This document shows, in pieces, positions 11,861 to 20,000 of a stretch of DNA of 20,000 nucleotides. The notes beneath the pieces are model-generated. The model did not search any database. It was not told the DNA's origin and saw only the letters and a list, made by a program, of their open reading frames with translations. The translations under genes and the position numbers were made by a program. Each line of letters begins with the position of its first letter. The first letter of the stretch is position 1. Origin of the DNA: Fimicolochytrium jonesii (lineage: Eukaryota); contig NW_026515702.1 in assembly GCF_025526975.1 (NCBI RefSeq), positions 293,766-313,765 of the forward strand. The letters run 5' to 3'.

Positions 11861-13062
11861 CGCGCCGGAACTATCATATCCTACCCCCAACGGGAGCTAA
11901 ATCGCCGAACGAAGCGAGCGGGGAATTTGTAGCTCTGGAAATCAGTCAATCTTTGGCATTGGGAACGATCATTCCAACGCACCTTATACTTCGGGCGCTT
12001 CGTTTATCGTTTACGGCCGATCTTGATCAAGTCCGGCAGACCATTACGTGCGTAACTGAATAGGCAAAACCGTTTGCGGATCTCCTATTTTGGCTTTGTA
12101 CATGCGTCCATGTTGTTATTGAGTTTCTATATACGTATAACCTGTGTCCATGTATATGTACATTTTTAAATATTGTGCTTGGACTTCTACATTCCCGATT
12201 TTCTAAGCTAAGCCGCCAGAGGATTTAAGCGACAAGTGGGTGGATTATGGCCAAAACATATGCACCGCTTGGATAGTGTGCGTTTACGGAAGGATGCACT
12301 CAAAGGTTGCAATTCTGGACTATGGGAGATGTACCGTACACCGTCTGTCCCGTACAATCACCTTCGTTACGCTCTAGCCAAACCCCGCCGCAATAGCACT
12401 GCGAAGAGCCCCAAGATGCCCGTACCAAAGGCATGAATATGCTTGTGGTGGCGTTGCGCTTATTCAGCAGAGAGCAAACCGGAATGGCAAATGGAACAAC
12501 GTGCAAGGTGAAATTGACAGCAGCCGCGACAATGTTCCACATCAGGAATTGATGATGACAAGCCCAACTCCGCCCTGCGCCTCCCTGAGTGGCGCCACAA
12601 CGGCGGTACGATGATACGATCGCACGCGTCGGGGGGGAGCCGAATCCACGGTAACCCAAACTCGGGGGATCGCTGCCTCCGGGCTATCGCGAACGCATCT
12701 TCAAACGGAAGGTTCTCCGCACGGAAATTTCTGCGAAATGATTTTTCTATGGTAACCCAGAGACGCTTTATTATGCATCTGTTACCCGTAGACCGCAAAC
12801 GCGCGCGGTTTCATGAGGACCTCATCATTGTTCCAACTGTGCTTGAGAGGCCGAAAAAAGAACTCATTTGTCAAGCCACTGTGGGATCACTGTAAATATG
12901 AGCTGATGAATCGTACATGCTGTGCAGCAAAGAGACTTCCATGCTCCCTTGCTGCCGACCTTCTCTGGCGCTGTATATGATAAGTAGAACATTGAGATCA
13001 GGAATCGGACCCCGTCCCTTCTACGTCCATCATCTGGAGCTCGCCGTTTGGTCACAGTCAAT

Positions 13063-14897
13063 ATGCCCGCAAGCATTTTTGTCAACGTTCTTGTGCCAAC
13101 GCTACAGGCCAACGCCGAGATCTTCATCACAACGCTCAGCGGGGCCCTGCTAGGAAGAATTGGAGTCTTGACATCCGACCTGCAAAAGGTAGATGCCGTC
13201 CGCTGGTCAGACTAAGGCTTTGAAAGCGGCCGTCGTGCAGAATTCCGGAGTTATGACTTATGCGAATTTTTTCTTTTCCCGAAGGGCCTGGCAAAAGTCA
13301 GCTTTTGGCTTCTCACCCCAGCTCTCATATTTTCTAAGATTGCCTCGACTGTAGACTCTCAGCGGTTTATCTCGTAAGTTCGTCTTCCCGCACTCGGACT
13401 ACATGTTCATTCCTTCGTTCGGGTTAACTCATTGGGCATCCCCACATCAGACTATGGCCCATTCCCGCCCTCTTTGTCTTCAGCTCCCTCATTTCCTACG
13501 CACTGTCGTTGATCGGATGCCGATTTCTGCGCGTCAGTCTTCAGAACCAACGTTTCATCACGGCGGCAATCGTATTTACCAACACGTACGTAAGAACGGA
13601 TCCGCATGGCGCAATTTGGCATGCCTTCGACACTCACTCGTTGTCACTTTCACCATTTCAGCGTTACAATCCCGGTGCCGATCATCACCGCCTTGACACC
13701 ATTTACGCCGCTCCTTGTTCTCGCAGGCCAGACTCCGGCGGACGCCATCTCGAGCGGCGTCAGCATGGCCTTATTTTTCACACTCTTTTCCCACGTGTTT
13801 CGCTGGAGCATTGGCTATCGTTTACTGGATGCTCCCGCAGAGAAGGCCATGCAAAAGTTGAAGGACGATCCGGAGATGAATTCCACTCTCGAAGGTCAAG
13901 AACTCAAACCTCGAGGTGTCGATCGGAACGAAATCGAACTTTACAAGAAAGGGTTTGACGTTGTTCCGGAAGCTGACATACAGGCGACGAGCCAGCTCGC
14001 GCGTGCGAGCTTGACGGGGAGGTATCCCGAGAACCTCCCATTCCTCACCAACCACTCCGATGAGTCGCCTGCGTCTGTGCCCGGCGGCAACTCGCTGGGT
14101 CGCCCACTGCCCATTCATCCGCCGGTGGCACGGCGCATTTCGGACGCATGGACGGGGAGTCGTCGAGGGTCAGCTGATGACATCGAAAGCGTTGCGTTGA
14201 TAAACAGGGAAGAGATGAAAAAAGCCGACGAACAAAGCAGCGCTCCGCCGGAGTCAACGGAACCGGCGGCCGCACCAGGACCGGGGTCCATATTCAAAAA
14301 GATTGTATTGAAATTCTGCGATTTCATGAACCCACCCTTCCTCTCGGCTCTTGTCGCATTGTTTATTGGATTCCACCCATCGGTAAGTATGCCACCTTCA
14401 AGTGTTTCCGTCACGGCTACTAATGTTTTCTACGCAATTCGTTTTCGCAGTTGCAAACTTTTTTCTTCAAGAAGGCAGGCTCTTCGATTGGTGCTAGCCT
14501 AACGTCCGTCGGTGAGACGTCCATCCCTTTCCAACTGATCCAGCTCGGCGGACGCCTGCAACGCGGCCCAACTAGAGATTCCACGACGACTATGCCGAAC
14601 AGGGCGATCGCGTTTGTTGTATTCTGCCGCTTGGTTCTCGGCCCACTGATCGGACTCGCATTCGTTGGCCTGCTCACGATCGCCAAGATTGCGCCAAAAG
14701 ACCCAATGCTCATTTTCGTCCTCCTCATGGAGTCTAGTACTCCACCCGCTTTGAACCTTGCCGTCATCGCCGAGCTCCACGGCATGGGAGAAAAAGATAT
14801 TGCAAACCTCCTGTTCTGGAACTACGCTATCGCAATACCCGGCGCGGTGCTCACGGTGCTGCTTTATCTGGTCCTCATCCCATCGTTTGTACGATGA
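13063..14897 (+). CDS. PIN-like/auxin efflux carrier family transporter, paralogue 2; exons 13063-13188, 13285-13373, 13451-13585, 13662-14382 and 14451-14897, about 505 aa
   Basis: The spliced product reads MPASIFVNVLVPTLQANAE...LQK/GLAKVSFWLLTPALIFSKIASTVD...LWPIPALF...FTNTVTIPVP...FSHVFRWSIGY...NPPF...SIPFQLIQLGGRLQRGPTRD...STPPALNL. It is colinear with paralogue 1, and four GT-AG introns keep the frame. Confidence 0.92.
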
Positions 14898-15486
14898 GAT
14901 GACGGACGGGCCACATCAGTTTATTTTGACATTTTCGTTATAGTATGAAGTTTTCCATTGCCGAGCTTCGTTGTCATTTTTACAATTGATTTCAATGACG
15001 AAGGCGCTAATGTAGATATCGCTTAGGCCCTCTTCGGTCTTGTTATGTTTCGATCTTGTTCACTGAGTATGAATTGTACCGCAAGGTAGTCAGCTAAGAG
15101 ACTATACAATTCCTCTGTGAACAAGGTTCTTACAACCCTAAATTCTATCGTATGGTTTGTGCTATGGTGTCTGCGCTCTTAAAGAAAGAGGTGCTTTCGT
15201 CTGAAGGATTATAGATCAAGACAGCATAGTTAGCGCAACCTGATGCGCACAGAAACGCCCGCAGGTTCACGCAGATTCACGCGACAATCGGTATGGGCCA
15301 CGCCCAGTGAGTGGGGTGTGCACGCGAAACCAGGTGACCGACCCTGAATTTATATATTGGAAGAAAAGCACGTCTCGATACCTAGTCTTCTTTTTCTTCC
15401 TCTTTCAACTCCTCTTCTCATTACTCTCGTAGCGTACGTTGATTGAATCTCGTTATTGATTGCTCGCTTCCTGCAACGTCCGCTCG

Positions 15487-16758
15487 ATGGAATCCGATCC
15501 CGAAGTTACCGCAGTCGTCACTGTCGCCGCTCCTACCTTCGTTTCGCACTTAACCGGCACCAGTCTTGACGTCGGAGATAAAGCGCTGAAGAAAGTCAGG
15601 GTCGTTAAGAAGGCCCCTGCTGGTCGAGCGGGTGTCCTGACCCGGGCGGCCGCGTCGTCGAGTACTGACCCCTCCGCACTTGATATCGACGAAGAAGAGG
15701 AGTCTTTGGGCTCGTCCTACAAGGTCGTTATCGCGTCCGAACCCGCCAAAAAGGCTCACCAAGTAAAGATCATTCTCACGAGGGGCAAGTCTACAACAAA
15801 AAGCTCTGCGCCAGCTGCAACGGTTGCCTCTGTTCCGGCCAAGGTCACTTCTCAAGCCGAGAATCACGCGCAAGACGTTGTTAAGAGTCCTCCCTTGCGG
15901 ACCGTTCCCACGGCTGCGTCTGTGCTCACCTCGCGCCCAGCTTCGGCCGGGGCTCACCAGAATCTTCCATCCCACGTTCAGACCCACCATCCTTTATTGC
16001 ACGGCGTTGCCCAAGACCAAATTTGACCTCCGTATTGGCTTCCGTATGGGTTTTCGCACGGGTACCATTTCGGTCCGCCGGCTCCTTATCTCAGTTCCCA
16101 AGGTCCATCCGCTTCCGGCGCTTCGCAATTCGGTCAAAGTTTGTTCGTCCCGCAACCTGGTCAAGATCCTTTGTTGTTTGGAAGCCACGATCCACGCTTC
16201 GTACAACATCCTGGTCCGCAGCCGCTAACGCCCAGAACTAGTCCTTACCTTTCCCAAGATTCCTAGGTCCCTCCTGCACCTTTCCATTACAAACCGCCGG
16301 GTAGTTCCCCACAACAACACGCTCAGCCTCAAGGCCATTTTCAACCTCCGGCTCCGCATCCGGCCGCTTTCCAGTATCTCGGGGAGTACACGCAAGGTCA
16401 ACCCGCGGTCTCCCTGGCTGCTCCTGCCGCTGGACCATATGGTTACGGTGTGGCTCCGGGCGTTCTTCAACAACTCCAAGCTGCCGCGGTCATTTTCGGG
16501 GTTCAACCTATCTCGCTCCACTCCCCGTCGTCGCTTACATCTCACGATCCCATCATTGCTGATACCTTGCGAAGCCGTGCTGAATACTCCCAGAACCTCA
16601 AGACTACCCGAGAGATACTTATCGCTAACGGAGCCTCGTTTGACTCGGGCACGTTGGAAGCAGTCATACGGCTTCAATACGTTGATCTCGCCAAATTGCA
16701 TCCATATCGACACGTCCAACCATCCGAAACAACGATTACCCTCGCTCCTTCCGAGACC
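15487..16758 (+). pseudogene. Interrupted gag/ORF1-like reading frame (possibly DIRS/Ngaro family), 3'-truncated by telomeric repeats
   Basis: ORFs 15460-16026 and 16450-16824 share a frame. Reading through TGA (16024) and TAG (16264) gives 424 codons of low-complexity A/P/Q/S-rich protein ending ...LEAVIRLQYVDLAKLHP...LAPSET, which runs straight into TTAGGG. YVDLAxL resembles a motif of DIRS/Ngaro ORF1 (recalled, not searched). A TATA-like TTTATATA lies near 15349. Confidence 0.55.
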
Positions 16759-16883
16759 TTAGGGTTAGGGTTAGGGTTAGGATTAGGGTTAGGGTTAGGG
16801 TTAGGGGTTAGGGTTAGGGGTTAGGGTTAGGGTTAGGGTTAGGTTAGGGTTAGGGGTTAGGGTTAGGGTTAGGGTTAGGGTTA
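16759..16883 (+). repeat. Interstitial telomeric array, about 20 x TTAGGG with variants
   Basis: Read directly. It includes one TTAGGA, three TTAGGGG and one TTAGG unit, and ends GGGTTA|CAAG. Confidence 0.98.
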
Positions 16884-17087
16884 CAAGACCCCCTGGGTTG
16901 GGTTTTATTATTGGGTTGCCTGGAACCCTAGGGACTTAGAAATTTTCGAGTTTTTTGGCTTTTGGGTGTGTTCTACAGTTCGAATTTTTGACTCTGAGGG
17001 GTGTAGTGGCCGGGGGTGTTGCGCACCTAGGCAAGTCGGGGAGGACTAGGTGTGCAAGGGCAAGTGATGGGTCATATGGGCGGTGGT

Positions 17088-17139
17088 GCGGGTACGGGGG
17101 GGGCAGGGGTGCCAATAGGGGGGGGGGGGTTGATATAAA
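17088..17139 (+). promoter_or_regulatory. G-run cluster (G-quadruplex-capable) with CCAAT and TATAAA facing the telomere
   Basis: GGGCGGTGGTGCGGGTACGGGGGGGGCAGGGGTGCCAATAGGGGGGGGGGGGTTGATATAAA, with CCAAT at 17112 and TATAAA at 17134. The G-rich run begins slightly upstream, near 17078. Confidence 0.3.
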
Positions 17140-17918
17140 GGGGACATATATGTTATATATACGTTATAGGACTTGTGCAAATTGGGATTTTTTTAGTGCC
17201 GATCCGGAGTTGGCGTCCTAATTGAAAAGTTGGCCCCATATCATATTCTCTAATTGAAGTACTCTCGGATTGGCAATCCGTGCGGAAACGGCTTCAGAAA
17301 CTTAGAAAAACGAAATTTTCACGCGACGGGGGGTAAAAAGTTGGAAAATGTGGTGATATCTCAACATCTGGCTGACTATCCAGTGTTGGGCACTTAATGA
17401 AAGTTGATTGTAGCCTATGGTTTGCATAGCTGATGTGGTAGCAAATCTTGTGTAACCTCGCTTTTGGCTGAAGAACAGGGCCCCTTTTCAATTCTCAAAT
17501 CGTGACCCCCAAGACCTCCTAACGAAAGACGCGAGTACGTATGTGCAGGCAAAGGGGTTTGGCCGTGTTCTCCAGTAAACATTTTGTGATTCCGCTGTGC
17601 ATCGTAGACTGTTTGTAGGACCCTTGCGGTATGTTATTTACCAAAACTGTTGAACATTTTCCGGTTAAAGCAGTGTTCTACAGTTTGTCCATGCAGGTTA
17701 GAGGCACGTGACCTGGGCCTGCTTGCAGGGTACGCAGAGTGAGAGGGTTGGGGTTAGAGATTTCCCAGATCACTTATTAAATTCAGCCAAACTGTCTCTG
17801 TCATGGAACATTTAAAATGGTGGAAAGTAGTATTGCATTTATTGATTTAGAGTACATTGGAAAAGCGCACATTCAGAAAAGGGTTTTGGTGTAAAGTTAT
17901 CAACGACATTCAACAGTA

Positions 17919-19487
17919 CTAAAGGACTTCCGCAAGCATGTCACGGACTTGGTTCTGTCCAAAAGTCGTACGGCACTCAGGGTACCTGGCGCAGCGGAGA
18001 CGGAAACGATGCTGACCGCCAATGCTATGAAAAGCTGAGCCTCCACAGTTGGGACATTGAAGCTGATCACGATGCTGATGGAAGAGTTCACGGATATTGC
18101 CAATGGGAGCAGCATCAGGCACTTCCCCATCCCCATGACCCCACCAAGCACGAGCAGGATCAATGACGGGTGCAATGCCTTTGAACCATCCGGGATTGAA
18201 ACCAAAAGAGTTGAGAACGTCTCGGAAGCGCTGACAGTCTGTCACAGTAGTCTGTCTATTGCGATCTCCTCTGAATAGAACTCTGGTGGCAGCGTCCATG
18301 ATGCCATTGATGAGACTGTAGTACTCTTCCACCGGCACAAGCTTCAAGGAGTTTGCGCCCATGTGCTGGAAAATGGTCTCGATCTGGTCCAAATGGAGAT
18401 TCAAAACCATCTGTTCCGCTGATTCCAACCTGGCGCACTGAACTCGCACTTCAACTCGCATGCCAGTAATGTGGAGCGGGTGACCGTTGAGCCATTGACG
18501 TAAACCTCTCAGTGTCTCACTGCGATCACCAAGGCTGGACTTGGTTTGGGGCATTCGCGAAGACAAAGTCAAAGAGTAGGCTTTGAGCGCATGAACAAGC
18601 TTTGGGTAGCAAGTAACCCGAACATTGGCGTGACCCGCAATGTCAAAGCGGGTGGACCCAAATCCCTCACCAAGGATGGTGAGCATGGGAAAGGTGGCTC
18701 CAACTCCACGTCCATTGTAGCAAACCAAAGGAATGACACCACGAGTGTTGAATGTCTGACCAATGTCCCATGTGTTGAGTGCAGCATCGGGATGGTTGCT
18801 CACTTCCTGGTCAAAGGAGTAGGCTGGCAAAGTCTGAATGCGTTGCTTCATTCCATACTGCACAATGCGTACAGAGGGTGACACAGCACCAATGATGTCC
18901 TGGAACCCAGACATCAACAGATTTTGCCGCCCAGCAATCAATCGTGAGTGATCCGTGCTTTCCCTCACGATGATCGAATGTTCATTGTGAAGTAACTCAA
19001 GAATCCTTGCCTTTGACTCTGGATTGAATGGAATGCTAATGACACAAGGTCTGCTAGCGATCCGCATCCAACCGGCGAAAGCTTCACTGTCCTTGATATG
19101 CTGCATCACTCCAGACAGTTCAACCAAGGTGAAGGCACCAAAGAGGGTGGTCAGCTTTGTGGTAGGGAGCGTAAAGGCCATCCAGTCCACATCAAAGTAG
19201 CCAGTACTGCGGAAGACCCCAAACTGCTCATCCTGAAGGGCAGGAGAGCGATGGTGTTCCTCATGTGAAGAGCTTGAGCGAGAAGTTGGCAACTCGATGT
19301 CCTCACGCCCCTCATCACTATGATGATGAGGGTTGGAGCTGTGTGAACCAGAAATGGACAACTCCACATCCAAACTGCCGATGCTGGATGAGGTCTGGGA
19401 GATTTCGACCTGAAGGCTGGTGTTCGACATGGATGAGGTAAGGCTCGACGGCGAAAGGGTGTTGTTGGTGAATGCGGTGAAAGGCAT
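17919..19487 (-). CDS. 522-aa hypothetical protein: disordered S/H-rich N-terminus, globular core of unknown family, C-terminal C4 zinc ribbon (topoisomerase-IA-like)
   Basis: Uninterrupted ATG-TAG ORF. The C-terminus is CPNCGGSAFHSIGGQHRFRLRCARYPECRTTF (C478, C481, C499, C505). On the minus strand TATAAAAG lies about 110 bp upstream (near 19596-19603) and AATAAA about 75 bp downstream (17838-17843). Confidence 0.85.
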   Translation of the reverse strand: MPFTAFTNNTLSPSSLTSSMSNTSLQVEISQTSSSIGSLDVELSISGSHSSNPHHHSDEGREDIELPTSRSSSSHEEHHRSPALQDEQFGVFRSTGYFDVDWMAFTLPTTKLTTLFGAFTLVELSGVMQHIKDSEAFAGWMRIASRPCVISIPFNPESKARILELLHNEHSIIVRESTDHSRLIAGRQNLLMSGFQDIIGAVSPSVRIVQYGMKQRIQTLPAYSFDQEVSNHPDAALNTWDIGQTFNTRGVIPLVCYNGRGVGATFPMLTILGEGFGSTRFDIAGHANVRVTCYPKLVHALKAYSLTLSSRMPQTKSSLGDRSETLRGLRQWLNGHPLHITGMRVEVRVQCARLESAEQMVLNLHLDQIETIFQHMGANSLKLVPVEEYYSLINGIMDAATRVLFRGDRNRQTTVTDCQRFRDVLNSFGFNPGWFKGIAPVIDPARAWWGHGDGEVPDAAPIGNIRELFHQHRDQLQCPNCGGSAFHSIGGQHRFRLRCARYPECRTTFGQNQVRDMLAEVL

Positions 19488-19640
19488 GGTGTTGGCCCTG
19501 GTGTTGGCGATGGTATTGGTGTCGGTATTGGCGTAGGTGCTGAAATGTGGTGGTGGTGCGTGCTTTTGGAGGGAGGGAATCTGAACAGCCCTCTCCTTTT
19601 ATAAAAGTCTGGCCAAAGGCAACCTGGAGCTGTTCTTCAG

Positions 19641-19965
19641 TTTTTTTCTGCAACCCTACCTTTTTTTTTTCCTAACTTTTTTTTTCCCCTTTTTTGTTTT
19701 CACTACTCCTTTTTTTTCGCGACTTTTTTTTTTCACCAATCCTTTTTTTTTTTCGGACTTTTTTTTTTCCACTAATCCTTTTTTTTTCGACTTTTTTTTT
19801 TCACTAAACTTTTTTTTTTCCAACTTTTTTTTTTTTCACTTAGCCTTTTTTTTTTTCGACTTTTTTTTTTCCACTAATCCTTTTTCTTTTACTTTTTTTT
19901 TTCACTAAATTTTTTTTTTTCGACTTTTTTTTTTTTTCACTTACCCTTTTTTTTTTTCGACTTTT
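19641..19965 (+). repeat. Subtelomeric oligo-T tandem array; about 8 dimeric units of about 32-34 bp, consensus CACTAATCC-T(9-11)-CGAC-T(10-13)
   Basis: CACTAATCC-like and CGAC-like spacers alternate between T tracts from 19701, with more degenerate T tracts from 19641. The last unit is cut short and merges into TTAGGG. Confidence 0.9.
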
Positions 19966-20000
19966 TTAGGGTTAGGGTTAGGGTTAGGGTTAGGGTTAGG
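19966..20000 (+). repeat. Telomeric repeat (TTAGGG)n running to the window end
   Basis: Perfect TTAGGG units, G-rich strand pointing 5'->3' toward the end of the window, as expected for a right chromosome end. Confidence 0.95.

Larger units (their letters stand above)
16884..19965 (-). mobile_element. Putative telomere-embedded element (3.08 kb cassette between two TTAGGG arrays)
   Basis: Both boundaries are same-orientation TTAGGG tracts. It contains one intronless ORF with its own TATA-like and poly(A)-like signals, a G-rich proximal end and an oligo-T repeat distal end. Mobility is inferred from this architecture only. Confidence 0.55.

Noticed and set aside
12236..13050. Overlapping short ORFs between chitin synthase and transporter 2
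   Set aside because: No motifs or consistent exon structure; most likely promoter or intergenic DNA.
16759..16824. LGLGLG... C-terminus of ORF 16450-16824
   Set aside because: It is simply the translation of TTAGGG repeats.
17466..17530. CTGAAGA...CGAAA as a hammerhead ribozyme (as found in Penelope-like telomeric elements)
   Set aside because: I could not build stem II or the flanking stems, and it lies antisense to the ORF.
19488..19541. 12-bp degenerate repeats upstream of the 522-aa ORF and overlapping ORF 19318-19653
   Set aside because: There is no in-frame upstream ATG, and the overlapping ORF starts at TTG upstream of the TATA box. It is probably 5' UTR low-complexity sequence.
19701..19965. 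Regular repeat array considered as a CRISPR
   Set aside because: There are no unique spacers, only T homopolymers; the context is eukaryotic subtelomere and no cas genes are present.

Overview
Eukaryotic, almost certainly fungal, sequence that appears to be a chromosome end: short GT-AG introns with CTAAC/CTGAC-like branch points, a chitin synthase and TTAGGG repeats. From left to right it holds a decayed DIRS/Ngaro-like RNase H fragment (minus strand, runs off the window) and four spliced plus-strand genes: a PIN-like/auxin-efflux-carrier family transporter with 1 intron, a secreted and probably GPI-anchored two-repeat protein, a class IV-type chitin synthase, and a second PIN-like paralogue with 4 introns. 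Next is a pseudogenised gag-like ORF cut mid-frame by about 20 TTAGGG repeats (16759-16883). Beyond that, a 3.08 kb cassette (16884-19965) lies between two same-orientation telomeric arrays. It carries one intronless 522-aa ORF with no recognisable RT or helicase motifs, a C-terminal topoisomerase-type C4 zinc ribbon and a tentative Rep_trans-like D..YxK..RxExR motif order, plus a phased oligo-T array next to the terminal TTAGGG tract. This cassette is the best candidate for an undescribed system, a possible telomere-resident mobile element. All family assignments come from reading motifs by eye; no searches were run.
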